Assembly (NCBI GenBank): GCA_963771175.1
Contig: CAVYSY010000026.1
Span: forward strand, 320,001 to 384,000
Direction: 5' to 3'
Length of the DNA stretch: 64,000 nucleotides
Source of the DNA: an uncultured delta proteobacterium
GTDB lineage: Bacteria; Myxococcota; Myxococcia; Myxococcales; Myxococcaceae
This document shows, one piece after another, positions 15,518 to 28,888 of this stretch. The notes below the pieces were generated by a model that saw nothing but the letters and a program-made list of their open reading frames with translations, was not told where the DNA came from and searched no databases. How positions within the stretch are numbered: position 1 is the stretch's first letter; every line of letters begins with the position of its first letter. Both the position numbers and the translations under genes were made by a program.

Positions 15518-18500
15518 ATGAGTCTTCCCGAGCTGAACGTCACCGAGGTCTTCACCGGCAAGCGCCTGCTCTTCGCGGGCTCCACCGGCTTCGTGGGCAA
15601 GGTCACCCTGTCCATGCTGCTGTCGCGCTACGGCGAGACGCTGGACAAGCTCTATGTGCTGGTGCGCAAGGGCAGTGCCGCGTCCGCCGAGCGCCGCTTC
15701 TTCGACAAGGTGGCCACCAGCGAGCCCTTCCAGCCGCTGCGCGACGCCTACGGCGAGGAGGGTGCGCTGGAGTTCATCCGCCGCAAGGTGGAGGTGCTCG
15801 ACGGCGACATCACCGACCCGCTCATGGGCCTCACCCCGGAGCAGGCGGACGCGCTCACCGGCAAGGTGCACGCCATCGTCAACTGCGCGGGCCTGGTGTC
15901 CTTCAACCCGTCGCTGGAGGTGGGCCTCAACGTCAACACCCACGGCGTGAAGTACACCGTGGACCTGGCGCTCAAGTGGAATGTGCCGCTCATCCACATG
16001 TCCACCGCCTTCGTGGCCGGCAACCGCAGCGGGCTCGTCTTCGAGGACGAGGAGGTGGTGGGCTACTTCCCCCGCCGCGAGGAGCTGGACGGGCGCGACT
16101 TCAGCCTGGAGCAGGAGCTCGCGGACGCGGAGAAGATCGTCGCCCGGCTGCGCGAGCAGGCGGATGACAAGGCGCTGGCGTCCCTCTTCCGCAAGAAGGC
16201 GCTGGAGCGGCTGGAGCAGGAGGGCCGCGACGCCACGGACGAGAAGACGCTGCGGCTGGCGATGGGCCGCGAGCGCAAGCTGTGGCTCACCGGCGAGCTG
16301 GTCCGCGCCGGCATGGAGCGGGCGAAGCACTGGGGCTGGCCCAACACGTACACGTACACCAAGAGCCTGGGCGAGCAGGTGATGGCCAGCACGCCGGGCC
16401 TGCGCTACGCCATCGTCCGGCCCTCCATCGTCGAGTCCGCCCAGCACTTCCCCTTCCCCGGGTGGAACGAGGGCTTCACCACCTCGGCGCCGCTGGCCTT
16501 CGCCGGCATCAAGGGCCAACGCAACATCCCCGCCGGCGAGCGCGCCATCCTGGACATCATCCCGGTGGACCACGTGGCCGGCGCCACCATCGGCATCACC
16601 GCGCACTCCATGCAGGTGGAGGAGCGGCGCGTCTACAACCTCGCCTCGGGTGACGTGAACCCGTTCTACGCCAGCCGCTCCGTCGAGCTGGTGGGCCTGT
16701 ACCGGCGCCGCTACTACCGGAACAAGGAGACGGGCAACGCGCTGATGAACGAGCTGCGCTCGCGCGTCGAGCCGGTGCCGGTGAGCCGCAAGACGTTCGA
16801 GAACTTCAGCGCCCCCATGTTCGTCAAGGGCGCGCGCTTCCTGCGTCAGGTCATCGACGAGGTGAAGCCCGCCTGGGGCGCGCCCGCGGTGCAGGCCATG
16901 CTGGAGCGGGCCAAGGGCACGCTGGATGAGGTGGAGAACCAGGCCATGAGCCTGGTGGGGCTCATCGAGCTCTTCCTCCCCTTCCTCTACGACAACCGCT
17001 ACGTCTTCCGCTGCGACAACACCCGCTCGGTGTACGCGCGCATGGCCCACCACGACCGGGTCCGCATTCCGTGGGCTCCGGAGGCCATCGACTGGCGCAT
17101 CTACTTCCTCGACACCCACCTGCCCGGCCTGGAGAAGTGGGTGTTCCCCGGCCTGGAGGAGGAGACGAAGAGGCGCACCGTCATCGCCGCCAACCGCGAC
17201 CTGCTGGAGATGCTCGAGGCCAGCGTCAACGCGTGGCGCCACCGGGTGGCCTTCCGCTACGCGGTGGACGAGAAGGAGGAGCGCCTCACCTACGGCGAGG
17301 TCAACCGCTACGCCAACCGCGTGGGCAGCTTCCTCCTCAAGGAGGGCGTGAAGCGCGGGGACCGGGTGATGCTCCTGGGGGAGAACCGGCCCGAGTGGCC
17401 CGTCTCCTACTTCGGCATCCTCCGCGCGGGCGGCACCGCCGTGCCGGTGGACCCGAGCCTCAACGAGGCCGAGGTCGTCAACATCGCCCGCCGCGCCGAG
17501 GCCAAGGTGCTGCTGCTCACCGAGCAGACGCTGGAGGACATGCCCGGCATCATGGCGGCGCTCTCCCAGGCGGGCCTGTCCACGCGCGTGGTCGGCTTCG
17601 GCGAGGCCATGGGTGGAGACCCGACGTACCCGGACCACATCGGCCCGGTGCGCCGCACGGCCGCCGCGGACGACGTGGCCAGCCTCATCTTCACCTCGGG
17701 CACCACGGGCACGCCCAAGGGCGTGATGCTCACCCACCGCAACTTCGCCTCGCTCATCGCGAAGCTGGCGGGCGCCTTCGACATCGGCATGGGTGACGGC
17801 GTCCTCTCCGTGCTGCCGCTGCACCACACCTTCGAGTTCTCCGCCGGCTTCCTCACGCCCTTCTCGCGTGGCGCGGAGATTACCTACATCGACGAGCTCA
17901 CCTCGGACCGGCTGGGCGAGGTGTTCGAGACGGGCCGCGTGTCCGCGATGATCGGCGTGCCCGCGCTCTGGCAGCTCCTGCACCGCAAGGTGACGCAGGA
18001 GATGGCCAGCCGGCCGCCCCTGGTGGAGCAGACGCTCAAGTCGCTCATGGCGGCCCACGGCGAGCTGCGCAACCGCAGCGACATCAACCTGGGCAAGCTG
18101 CTCTTCTGGCCGGTGCACCGCAAGTTCGGCGGGAAGATCAAGTTCCTGGTGTCGGGCGGCTCGGCGCTGCCGGATGACGTGCACAAGGCCTTCCACCAGC
18201 TGGGCTTCAACATCATCGAGGGCTACGGCCTCACCGAGGCGGCTCCGGTGCTGGCGGTGTCCGAGACGCGCGTCAACAAGCGTCAGGTGGGCACGGTGGG
18301 CAAGGCACTGCCCGGCGTCGAGCTGCGCATCCTCGAGCCGGACAACGAGGGCATCGGCGAGGTGCTCGCGCGCGGCCCCAACGTCATGGCCGGCTACTTC
18401 GGGGACAAGGAGTCCACCGACGCCGTCCTCAAGGCGGGCTGGCTCTACACGGGCGACCTCGGGCGCATCGACGACGAGGGTCGGCTGTACCTCGTGGGCC

Positions 18501-19922
18501 GCAAGAAGGACGTCATCATCGACGCCAACGGGAAGAACGTGTACCCGGACGAGCTCGAGGACGTGTACGGCGTCCACCCGCACATCAAGGAGCTGTCCAT
18601 CGTCGGCCTGCCGGACGAGGGCGGCGGCGAGAAGGTCGCCTGCCTCTGCGTGCCGGACAACAAGGAGCGGCCTCGCGAGGAGGTGCGGCGCGAGCTGGAG
18701 GAGCACTTCCGCAAGACGAGCGCGGAGATGCCCTTCTACCGCCGGGTGAAGGTGCTGCGCTTCTGGGACGGCGAGCTGCCGCGCACCTCGTCGCGCAAGG
18801 TGAAGCGCAAGGTGGTGGTGGAGGAGCTGCAAGCGGCTGGAGAAGCTGGCCGCCTCGGGCGAGAAGGCCCGCGAGAAGGTGCAGGCCACCGGCGGCGTGG
18901 CCGACTGGCTCTACCCGCTCATCGCCGAGGTGGTGAACAAGCCCCTGGGCGACATCCGCCCCGAGGCCCGCCTCTCGGTGGACCTGGGCCTGGACTCGCT
19001 GATGCTCACCGAGCTGTCCGTGGCACTGGAGCAGACTGGCGTGCCGCTGCCCGCGGTGAATGACCTGACGCACGTGCAGACGGTGGACGATCTGCGCAAG
19101 CTGATCGTCGCCAGCGGGCGTCGTCCCACCCAGGAGACGCGCGCCAAGGACATCTCCCAGGAGGCCGAGAAGGCCGAGGATCTGGAGATTCCGGTGCCGG
19201 AACCGCTGGTGACGGTGGGCCGGAACCTCGTGCGGCTCGGCCAGCAGGCGCTCTTCGGCGGCCTGTTCGACGTGAAGGTGACGGGCAAGCCCTTCATCCC
19301 GATGAACCGCAACTTCCTCGTCATCGCCAACCACACGAGCCACCTGGACATGGGGCTCATCAAGGTGGTGCTCGGCGAGCAGGGGCAGCGGCTCACCACG
19401 CTCGCCGCGCGCGACTACTTCTTCGATACCCCGCTCAAGCGGGCGTACTTCGAGAACTTCACCGACCTCATCCCCATGGACCGCCACGGCTCGCTGCGCG
19501 AGTCGCTGCGGCTGGCCGGCAACGCCCTGCGCCAGGGCTTCAACCTGCTCATCTTCCCCGAGGGCACGCGCTCGACGACGGGGGAGCTGCTCGAGTTCAA
19601 GCCCACCCTGGGCTACCTGGCGCTCACCTACGGGGTGGACGTGCTGCCCGTCTACGTGAAGGGCGCCTTCGAGGCGCTGCCCAAGGGCCGCATGGTGCCC
19701 AAGTCGCGCGAGCTGGAGGCCCACGTGGGGCCCGCGCTGACGTACGAGATGTTGCGCGCCAAGACGCAGGGCATGGCGCGCTCGGAGAGCTACCGCTACG
19801 CCACGAAGCTGGCGGAGGACTCCATCCGCGCGCTGGCCGCCGGTCGCGTGCTGAGTTTCGATGAATCGGCGACGGTCGAGGACCAGCGCCGCGCGCTGTC
19901 GTCAGGAGGGAGCGAGTCGTGA
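15518..19922 (+). CDS. elbD: Multidomain fatty acyl reductase - acyl-CoA ligase - ACP - acyltransferase (one frameshift near 18835)
   Basis: FAR (GSTGFVGK, WPNTYTYTK), adenylation (FTSGTTGTPKG, GYGLTE, YTGDLG), ACP (LGLDSL), acyltransferase (NHTSHLD, IFPEGTR); architecture matches myxobacterial ElbD. Confidence 0.8.
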
Positions 19923-20948
19923 AGCTGCTCATCACCGGAGGCTCGGGCTTCCTGGGCTCGCACCTGGTCCCGCGGCTGGTGGCCGCGGGGCATGAGGTGC
20001 GCATCATCGGCCGCACCAGGCCCTCGGGCCCCGGCTACGAGAAGGCGGAGTACGTCCCGGGAGACCTGAAGAACCGCGAGGCGGTGCGACGCGCGCTGCA
20101 AGGCGTGGAGGCCGTCTACCACCTGGCGGGGCTCGTCTCCTTCCAGGAGAAGGACGCGCGGCGCATGTACGAGCTGCACGTGGACGCCACGCGCGAGCTG
20201 CTGCACGACGTGCGCGAGGCGGGCGTCCAGCGCGTCATCCTCGCCTCCACCTCGGGCACCATCGCGGTGTCCAAGGAGGAGCGCGTCGGCACCGAGGACG
20301 ACGGCTACCCCATCGAGGTGGTGGGGCGCTGGCCGTACTACCTGTCCAAAATCTACGAGGAGAAGCTCGCGCTGGAGTACTGCCGCAAGCACGCCATCCC
20401 CCTCGTGGTGCTCAACCCGAGCCTGCTGATGGGGCCCGGGGATGACCGCCTCTCCTCCACGTGGACGGTGATGAAGTTCCTGCAGGGCGAGCTTCCCGCC
20501 ATGCCCGGTGGAGGCATGTCCTTCGTGGACGCCCGGGACGCGGCGGACGCCTTCGTGAACGCGCTCACGCGCGGCGAGGTGTACGGGCGCCACCTGATGG
20601 GCGTGAACCTCACCATGGTGGACTTCTTCCACCGCCTGGAGCGCCTGTCGGGCGTGTCCGCGCCGCGGCTGAGGCTGCCCTCGCAGGTGAACGTGCTCGG
20701 GGCGAAGCTGCTGGAGCAGGTGGCGAAGTGGCGCGGGACGAAGCCCGCGTTGGATCCGCAGGAAGTGGACATCGGCGAGCACTACTTCTGGCTCGACGCC
20801 TCGAAGGCCGAGGCGCGAGCTGGGCTTCAAGGCCCGCGACGTCCACGAGACGCTGCACGACACGGTGCAGTACCTGTACACGCGGATGGCCCCGGGACAC
20901 CTGCCGGGCACCAGGGGCCGGCTCGACGAGCTGCGCGAGGGCACCTGA
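19919..20948 (+). CDS. NAD-dependent epimerase/dehydratase (ether-lipid cluster)
   Basis: LITGGSGFLGS, YHLAG, YYLSK; frameshift near the C-terminus. Confidence 0.8.
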
Positions 20949-20990
20949 GGTTCCCTCGAGGCCCCCCTCTCCCGAGGGGGGGCGGACCGC

Positions 20991-21875
20991 CTACCCGACC
21001 ACCCGGTTCCGCCCGGTCTTCTTCGCCTTGTACAGGTTCGCGTCCGCCACCTTGATGAACTGCAGCGGATCCACCATGTCCGGCGCCATGTCCGCCACGC
21101 CCAGCGATAGCGTGACCGGGATGTCCTGGGCCTCGAAGGTGAACTGCTTCTCCTCGATGGTCCGGCGGATCTTCTCCGCGAAGATGCGCGCCTTCTCCAC
21201 CCCGTCCTCGGGCATGACGAGCGCGAACTCCTCGCCGCCGTAGCGCGCGAAGCACTGCTCCTTGCGCACCAGCCGCTTGATGGTCTGCGCCAGCTCGCGC
21301 AGCACGTAGTCACCCGCCAGGTGCCCGTGCACGTCGTTGATCTTCTTGAAGAAGTCGATGTCGAACATCATCAGCGTCAGCGGGCGCCCGTAGCGGTGGC
21401 ACCGCCCCATCTCCCTCTCCAGGTACTCGAGGAAGTAACGCTTGTTGTTCACCCCGGTCAGGCCATCCACGATGGTGAGCATGTAGATGGTCTCGTGGTA
21501 CTGCAGCTCCACGTTGTCGCCGGTGAGGAACTTGAAGATGGAGCCGCCCACCTTGATGAGGTCACCACTGCGCAGCGGCGTCTCCTGCGTCACCTCCTGG
21601 TCGTTCAGGTAGGTACCGTTGGTGGAGCCGAGGTCCTGCACGAACATGCGTCCCTGCTTGCGGACGATGCGCGCGTGCTTGCGCGAGACGTTGTCGAGGT
21701 CCACCACGATGTGGTTGCCCTCTTCACGCCCGATGGTGAAGTCGTTCTCCAGGAGCGTGTACTTCTTCCCCAACTCCGGCCCGTGAATCTGCACGATGCA
21801 GCATTCCGAGTCGACGGGAGTCGCCAGCTCCTTGATCGACGAGATCTTGGTTACTCGGGTTTCGTCGCCAGCCAT
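20991..21875 (-). CDS. FHA-domain diguanylate cyclase (GGEEF)
   Basis: FHA motifs [40 protein letters not shown]. Confidence 0.92.
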   Translation of the reverse strand: MAGDETRVTKISSIKELATPVDSECCIVQIHGPELGKKYTLLENDFTIGREEGNHIVVDLDNVSRKHARIVRKQGRMFVQDLGSTNGTYLNDQEVTQETPLRSGDLIKVGGSIFKFLTGDNVELQYHETIYMLTIVDGLTGVNNKRYFLEYLEREMGRCHRYGRPLTLMMFDIDFFKKINDVHGHLAGDYVLRELAQTIKRLVRKEQCFARYGGEEFALVMPEDGVEKARIFAEKIRRTIEEKQFTFEAQDIPVTLSLGVADMAPDMVDPLQFIKVADANLYKAKKTGRNRVVG

Positions 21876-22012
21876 CGCCTCGGAGACATAGCACGGCTCC
21901 CCGTGTGGAAGCCACGAGGGCCGGACCCCACCACCCCGGTTCCGTTATTCAACGAAGGGGAAAGAGCGGCCTTGCCGGGGCCGCCACCCCCCCGGGTAAC
22001 TTGGCCGCCCAT

Positions 22013-23242
22013 ATGGCCAAGACGCTGGCAATGATCCTCGCGGGCGGAGCCGGAACCCGGCTGGAGCCCCTCACGCGTGAGCGCGCCAAGCCGGCAGTCC
22101 CCTTCGGCGGGCGCTACCGCATCATCGATTTCGTCCTCTCCAACTTCGCCAACTCCGGCATCTACCGGATGAAGGTGCTGACGCAGTACAAGAGCGACTC
22201 GCTCAACAAGCACCTGTCCCGCGCCTGGCGGATGACCGCCTTCCTCGGCCACTACGTGGAGACCGTCCCCGCCCAGATGCGGACCGGCATGGACTGGTAC
22301 AAGGGCAGCGCCGACGCCATCTACCAGAATCTCAACATCATCACCGACGAGGAGCCGGACTACATCTTCGCCTTCGGGGCGGATCACGTCTACCGGATGG
22401 ACTGCCAGCAGATGCTGGACTTCCACATCGCCCGGAAGGCCGCCTGCACGGTGGCCGCCATCCCGGTACCCATCGAGGAGGGCAAGGATTTCGGCATCAT
22501 CGACGTGGGCGCGGACGGGCGGATGAAGGGCTTCGTGGAGAAGCCCAAGAACCCGCCCCCCATGCCCGGCAATTCGAAGATGTGCCTGGCCTCCATGGGC
22601 AACTACCTCTTCTCCACCGACGCGCTGGTGAAGGAGGTGGTGCGTGACGCCGCGGACGAGAACAGCGCCCACGACTTCGGCAAGTCCATCATCAGCGAGC
22701 TGTACAAGCGCGAGCCCGTCTATGTGTACGACTTCGCGCAGAACACCATCCCCGGCCAGGAGCCGAAGGAGCGCGGCTACTGGCGGGATGTGGGGAACAT
22801 CGACACCTACTACCAGTCCAACATGGACCTGGTGGAGGTGGACCCCATCTTCAACCTCTACAACGACCGCTGGCCCATGTACACGCAGCCCAACAACCTC
22901 CCGCCGGCCAAGTTCGTCTTCGCCGATCGGGAGCACCACCGGGTGGGCCACGCCACGGACTCGCTGGTGAGCGAGGGGTGCATCATCTCCGGCGGCCACG
23001 TGAACCGCTCGGTGCTCTCGCCCAAGGTGCGCGTCAACTCGTTCTCCGAGGTGCAGGACTCCATCCTCTTCGAGAACGTCACCATCGGGCGGCGCTGCCG
23101 CATCCGCCGCGCCATCATCGACAAGAACGTGGAGATCCCCCCGGGGATGACCATCGGATACGACCTCGAGGAGGATCGGCGCCGCTTCCACGTCACCCCG
23201 GGTGGCGTGGTCGTCATCCCCAAGGGCATGAAGGTCGCCTGA
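22013..23242 (+). CDS. glgC: Glucose-1-phosphate adenylyltransferase
   Basis: [50 protein letters not shown]. Confidence 0.96.
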   Translation: MAKTLAMILAGGAGTRLEPLTRERAKPAVPFGGRYRIIDFVLSNFANSGIYRMKVLTQYKSDSLNKHLSRAWRMTAFLGHYVETVPAQMRTGMDWYKGSADAIYQNLNIITDEEPDYIFAFGADHVYRMDCQQMLDFHIARKAACTVAAIPVPIEEGKDFGIIDVGADGRMKGFVEKPKNPPPMPGNSKMCLASMGNYLFSTDALVKEVVRDAADENSAHDFGKSIISELYKREPVYVYDFAQNTIPGQEPKERGYWRDVGNIDTYYQSNMDLVEVDPIFNLYNDRWPMYTQPNNLPPAKFVFADREHHRVGHATDSLVSEGCIISGGHVNRSVLSPKVRVNSFSEVQDSILFENVTIGRRCRIRRAIIDKNVEIPPGMTIGYDLEEDRRRFHVTPGGVVVIPKGMKVA

Positions 23243-23316
23243 GCCCTCGAAACGGCGGAGGCCCGGACACGCGGTGCGCGCCGGGCCTCCCCTCTCCTAC
23301 CGTCTGGGCCGTGGGC

Positions 23317-23769
23317 TCAGCGGAAGGCCGACTTCACCTCGGGCTTGTTGAGCACCACCAGCGACCAGATGCCCACCGGGATGCCGATGCAGCAGCACGG
23401 CCCGAAGCAGGGGATGAGGGCGATGATGGAGGCGGCCATGGCCAGGCCGAAATTCTCCAGGTTCTTCATCTTCAGGGCGCCGAAGAACGTCACACCGCTC
23501 AGGGCGAGCGTGAGCAGGTTGCCGACGGCCCCGAAAGACTGGGTGCGCTCCAGCCACGGGCGGAACTGCTGAAGGTTCGGATCATTGAGCATCTCGGGAG
23601 GGATGCCCCCCATCCCCAGGAGCGCCTGCACCAGCCCCAGCAGCGCGCCCGCGATGCCAAGCCCGGCCACCACCATCAGCAGGATGGCCGGCGTGGACAC
23701 CTGCTGGCGGGCCGCGGCCGTGTCCGACGGACCCGGCATCCCCGGAAAGTCACCCGGAATGTTCGTCAT
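23317..23769 (-). CDS. Membrane protein
   Basis: Three to four hydrophobic segments, PCFGPCCCIGIPVGIW motif. Confidence 0.65.
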   Translation of the reverse strand: MTNIPGDFPGMPGPSDTAAARQQVSTPAILLMVVAGLGIAGALLGLVQALLGMGGIPPEMLNDPNLQQFRPWLERTQSFGAVGNLLTLALSGVTFFGALKMKNLENFGLAMAASIIALIPCFGPCCCIGIPVGIWSLVVLNKPEVKSAFR

Positions 23770-23888
23770 GTGTGTTCCCCTCCCCTTGCGTGGGATGAAG
23801 CTTCCGCGAGCTTGGAGCCCGCGCGCCGGCTGATTCCACCCGGAGGTGGGAGGGAGCGCCAGAGAATTGACGCGCCCTCCCACGGAAA

Positions 23889-25313
23889 TCAGGCCTTGAA
23901 GGTCATCAGCGGGGCCAGCCGCGCCACCTCGCGGACGATGCCGGCCTCCACCTGCGAAGCCACCACCGGGCCAATCGGCTTGTAGGCCGCCGGCGCCTCC
24001 TCGATGCGGCGCTCGGCCCGCAGGGTGATGCAGTCCACCCCGGTGAGGCCCAGCGCCTCATCCCGGCGGTCCGCCCCACCCCGCGCCATGGAGAAGCGTG
24101 AGCGCGCCCGCCCCGCCCCATGCGACGCCGAGGCCAGTGCCTCCGCGTTGCCCTGCCCCACCATCAGATAGGACGCCGCCCCCATGGAACCGGGGATGAT
24201 GACCGGCTGCTCCGCCTCGGCCGGGCAGGCCCCCTTGCGCGCCAACCACCCGCCCTCCCACGGCAGGGTGATGTTGTGCGGCACGTCGTAGACGAGCGGC
24301 GCCTCCACGTCTCCGAACAGCTCCCGCAGGGTGAGCCGCAGCAGCTCCGCCAGCAGCAACCGGTTGAGGAAGGCGTAGTTGGCCGCCGTGGCCTCGGCCT
24401 GGAGGTACTCGCGCACCAGCTCCGGCTCCGCCAGCGGGAGGATGCCGCTCTCCGGAAATGGAGCTCCCACCGGCCACGCCGCTCGCGCCCGCTCCTGCCA
24501 CGTGAGTCCCACGTGCCTGCCCATGTCCCGCGAGCCCGAGTGCACCATGAACGCGAGCTGGCCCTCGCGCACACCCCACTCCCAGGCCCGCGCACGGTCC
24601 ATCACCGCCTCCACCCGCTGCACCTCGACGAAGTGGTTGCCCCCGCCGATGGTGGCCAGGCCCGGGTCTCGCACCACACCCTCCCGGCGCAGCCCCGTGG
24701 GTGCCCACTTCGGGTCCCCCCCGAGCGCCCCGCCCAGGTACACCCGCGCGGACTCCCGATCGAGCTGACCCAGGTCCGCCTTCGTCACCACGCCCAGCGG
24801 CTCCTCCAGCGTCTCCAGGAACCAGCCGGGCAGACCGTCACGCAGGAGAGCCTCCACCGCGCGCGAGCCCAACGCCACGTCCCGGGTGCCGAAGAAATAG
24901 TGGCCCTTCATCCGCTCGACGAAGGCGTCGCGGCGGGCGAGGAAGTCCTCCACGGGAATGTCCGCGACGTGCAGGCGCATGCCGCAGTTGATGTCGGTGC
25001 CCACCGCGCCGGGCACCACCAGCCCCTCCGTGTGCACCACCGAGCCGATGGCCACTCCGGAGTCACCCGGGTGGAAGTCCGGCGTGGCGCGCACGCGCTT
25101 GACCGCGCCGCCGCCCGGGTGCTTCAGCGCGGCGAGGTTCGCGAGCTGTTGAAAGGCCTTGCCCTCCACGGGCAGGTCCGGTGGGAGGAGCACCTCGGCG
25201 GGCGGCGCGTTCGCATCGCCCTGGCGGCGCACGGTGTAGACACGACCGTCGTACGTCACATCGAGCCCCTCTCGGGCGAGCGCCCGCAGGAGCCGGTTCA
25301 GTTTCGGCTGCAT
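23889..25313 (-). CDS. rtcB: RtcB family RNA ligase
   Basis: TPDFHPG, GTDINCGMR, GGGNHFVE, VHSGSR, PHN, PGSMG, SHGAGR, EEAPAAYK. Confidence 0.92.
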   Translation of the reverse strand: MQPKLNRLLRALAREGLDVTYDGRVYTVRRQGDANAPPAEVLLPPDLPVEGKAFQQLANLAALKHPGGGAVKRVRATPDFHPGDSGVAIGSVVHTEGLVVPGAVGTDINCGMRLHVADIPVEDFLARRDAFVERMKGHYFFGTRDVALGSRAVEALLRDGLPGWFLETLEEPLGVVTKADLGQLDRESARVYLGGALGGDPKWAPTGLRREGVVRDPGLATIGGGNHFVEVQRVEAVMDRARAWEWGVREGQLAFMVHSGSRDMGRHVGLTWQERARAAWPVGAPFPESGILPLAEPELVREYLQAEATAANYAFLNRLLLAELLRLTLRELFGDVEAPLVYDVPHNITLPWEGGWLARKGACPAEAEQPVIIPGSMGAASYLMVGQGNAEALASASHGAGRARSRFSMARGGADRRDEALGLTGVDCITLRAERRIEEAPAAYKPIGPVVASQVEAGIVREVARLAPLMTFKA

Positions 25314-25430
25314 GACCTTCTCGGAATCTGGCCCGCGCCCACGGGGGCACGGGGGACCATGACGAATGGATTCGAGACCTCGGGTCAGCAGCCGCGGTCG
25401 TCGGACGGCCGGAGCCGTCCTTCAGCGAAG

Positions 25431-25460
25431 AGGGACGAACCAGCCAGGAGCCGCCTGACA
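25431..25460 (-). promoter_or_regulatory. Putative ECF promoter of rtcB
   Basis: Reverse strand TGTCAG-GCGGCTCCTGGCTGGTT-CGTCCCT (17-nt spacer). Confidence 0.7.
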
Positions 25461-25525
25461 CCCGACCGCGCCATCGTGGGAGACTCACGGAGAAGCAACT
25501 TCATGGAGAACGAGGGACGAGGCTC

Positions 25526-26161
25526 ATGCTGAACAGGCGAAGAACCTGGAAAGAAACGCGCAGGTATCCATTCACCGCCAGCCTCCTGCTGTGGGCATTT
25601 CTCTCGGGATGCCTCCATAAAGAACCGCCAGCCCCCCGGCTCGCGCCCGAGTGCAAGGCGCCAGGGCCCACGGGGCCTGACACAATCCCCTGCCGGGTGT
25701 CCCCCGACTGGGTCAGGCAACAGGCGGCCCCGCCTGTCCATCCCCTCATCCAAGCGGCATTTTCCGATGAAGCAACGACCCGCTGGCCCAAGATTCCACT
25801 CGCGTCCGTTGAAGAGAGCCTGACGGACAGTCATCGAATCCTGCTCACTGGGCGGCTCGCGATGGTGAGCGGAAAATCCCAGGGAGGAGAGTTCATGAGG
25901 TTCTTTGACAATGATTCCGATGGTTATGTGGATCGTGTGGATGAACTCATCCTCGGCCCAGATCGCAGCACCACGCGGATCGCGCGAGATACGAATCAGG
26001 ATGGCCGCCCGGACCAGCGAGAACTACTGATTTCATTCTGGCGGGAGAACGAATGGCAGCACCGAATAGCGACACTAGATGAACAAATCATCAAGACATC
26101 CAAGACATTGACCTGGAGCATGCATGGGTATGCGTGGCTCCAAAGCAACATAGAGGACTGA
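25526..26161 (+). CDS. Hypothetical lipoprotein, lower GC
   Basis: Lipobox FLSGC; DNDSDGYVD and DTNQDGRPD Ca-binding-like loops; AT-richer codon usage. Confidence 0.5.
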   Translation: MLNRRRTWKETRRYPFTASLLLWAFLSGCLHKEPPAPRLAPECKAPGPTGPDTIPCRVSPDWVRQQAAPPVHPLIQAAFSDEATTRWPKIPLASVEESLTDSHRILLTGRLAMVSGKSQGGEFMRFFDNDSDGYVDRVDELILGPDRSTTRIARDTNQDGRPDQRELLISFWRENEWQHRIATLDEQIIKTSKTLTWSMHGYAWLQSNIED

Positions 26162-26522
26162 ATGAATGCGCATGATGGATGCGCGAGGTCTCTCGCGTCC
26201 AACTGGCCAGGTGTTACTGCGGCAGTTCCACGCTGAAGTGCCCATCTGGATACAACGAATGATGGGGGAGTCTGGCGCGGCACGCACTCGCGCCACGCCG
26301 CCTGGGGGTTTCTGCAGGACCTGCTGAACAAGTTGCCGGAAGAAATTGCTGCGGTCGCGAAAACAGCGAGGGCCCATTGCCCCCCAACCCGGTGCCCTCC
26401 GCGCTCGCCCGACCGGTGGGCGGGAGAGGGGTCCTGACTTTCTGGGAACTCACCCTTGTTAGAGGCCAGAGGAGGTCACGCGGACCGACCCATGTGCGCC
26501 GCGCCGCACCTCGAGGAGAACC

Positions 26523-28811
26523 ATGGCCCACACGCAGGCGAGCGAGGGAATGCGGGAGGCGCCCTTCGTGGCGAGCAGCCAACCGATGCTCTGGATTGGG
26601 GGCGGCCTGCCCCCGCGTTTCCGCTGGGCGAGTCCCGCCCTCGTGCACGCCCTCGGCCATCCCCTGGAGGAGTGGAAGACCCGGGGCTTCTTCCGGCGAC
26701 TCGTGCACCCGGAGCATCTCGACCGGGTGATGGACGCCTGGCGCGGAGTGGCCCAGAGCGGGAGTCCCCCGGACGGTCGAGTTCCACGCGGTATCGGCGG
26801 AGGGAGGGCTCGTCCGTCTGTCCGTCGAGCTGAGCGCGATCGAGCCCACGGCCGACGGCGCGGGAGAGCTCATCGGCACCCTCCAAGTCCTCCCCTTCCG
26901 GCCCCAGGCGGCCCTGGAGTCGCCTGCCTCTCGCGATGGAGCGCAGGGATACGCCTCCCCGGCCTGCGCCTGCCTGCGGGTGGAGACGCCCACAGGCGCC
27001 GAGGTGGACCTCCGCGAGACGCTGGACGGGCTCCCTGGTCCCGCCTGGCTGGTGGGTGAGGACCTGTCCATCGTGTGGTGCAACCCGCCGAAGCAGGCGC
27101 ACGGCACCGAGGAGCTGCTGTGCTCCGCGGCCCGCGCCTCGGCTCCCCAGGGCTGGGCCTCGGCCCATCGCCGGGCTCTCGCGGGAGAGCTGGGGAGCTT
27201 CGACTTCACCACCTGTGGCCACTCCTACCGGTGCCGCGTGGGGCCGGTGAGGGGGACCGAGGGTGACATCGTCGCGGCCCTCGGGGTCGCCACCGACGTC
27301 TCCGACCTCGACGAAGTGGCCCAGGAGCTCACCCGCACCCAACGCCATGCACGAGGGGCTCGTCGATGCCATCGACGGCATCGTCTGGGAGGCCGATGCG
27401 AGCTTCCGCTTCACCTTCGTCAGCAAGCAGGCCGAGCGCCTGGCCGGCTATCCCGTCCAGCACTGGACGCAGGAGCCGGACTTCTGGCTGAAGCACCTCC
27501 ACCCCGAGGACCGGGACTGGGCTCCCGCCTTCTGCATGAAGGCGACGCTGGAGTGCAGGCCGCACGAGTTCGAGTACCGGATGCTCGCGGCCGACGGGCG
27601 CACCGTGTGGCTGCGCGACATCGTCACCGTGGTCTCCGAGAATGGAATCCCCCGCAAGCTGCGGGGCATCATGGTGGACGTCACCGAGCATCGCCGGGCC
27701 CGGGAGGACCTGGAGCACACGGTCTCGCTGCTGCGCGCCACGCTCGACTCGACGGCGGATGGAGTCATCGTGGTGGACCGGAACCGGCAGATCACCGCCT
27801 CCAACGGGAGGTTCCAGCGAGCTCTGGCACGTCCCGCCCGAGCTGGTGGACACCCGGGAGTGGGAGCAGGTGTTCGAGCACGTGCGCGCCCAGGTCCAGC
27901 ACCCGGAGCAGTTCACGGCGCGGCTCCTGGAGCTGTACGCGGACCCCGAGAAGGAGGGCGTCGACACCATGGAGCTGCGCGACGGGCGCATCCTCGAGCG
28001 CTACTCGCGCCCCCAGCGGTTGGGAGACACCATCGTCGGCCGCGTCTGGAGCTACCGGGACGTGACGGCGGAGCGCCGCGCGCAGGCGGAGCGGGAGCGG
28101 CTGCTCCGCGAGGCCCAGGAGGCCATCCGCGTCCGGGACGACTTCCTGTCCATCGCGTCACATGAGCTGAAGACTCCGCTCACCCCCCTCAAGCTCCACC
28201 TGCAGGTGCTGAAGCAGCGGGTGGCACCCGGGCGGCCCGTCTCGTCCCCACACGTGGAGAAGGCGCTCGCCCAGGTCACCCGGCTCTCCGGGCTCATCAA
28301 TGACCTGCTGGACACCTCGCGCATCCAGGCGGGACGACTGGAGCTGAAGCACGAGCCCGTGTCGCTCCGGGAGCTCACCCGCGAGGTGCTCGCGGACCTC
28401 CGCCCGGTCAGCACCGACCACACGCTCGAATACGAGGAGTCCGACGAGGCGCTCGTCATCGAAGGAGACCGCGGCCGGCTCGGCGCAGGTGCTGGTGAAC
28501 CTGCTGGAGAACGCCCTCAAGTACAGCCCCACGGGAGGGAGCATCCGCGTCCGGGTGGAGAGGGACGAGACACAGGCCCGCATCTCGGTGTCGGACTCGG
28601 GGATTGGAATTCCACCGGACCAGAAGGCCCACCTCTTCGAGCGCTTCTTCCGCGCCCGCAACGCCCCCATCTCGGGCTTCGGCGGGCTGGGCCTCGGGCT
28701 CTACATCTGCCGGGACATCGTCGAGCGCCACGGCGGCCGCATCTGGGTGGAGAGCGAGGTGGGCCAAGGCTCCACCTTCCGATTCACCCTCCCGGTGGTG
28801 GCGCACCCTGA
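26523..28811 (+). CDS. Multi-PAS sensor histidine kinase (frameshifted)
   Basis: PAS repeats (LVHPEH, HLHPEDR), H-box FLSIASHELKTPLT, NLLENALKYS, DSGIGI, GLGLGL. Confidence 0.88.
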
Positions 28812-28888
28812 ACCACGGCGGACGACACGCGGGGGACAGCCCCCCGTCGCGAACACCACCTTCCCACCGAGCTTCCAGCCTTCCCGGC

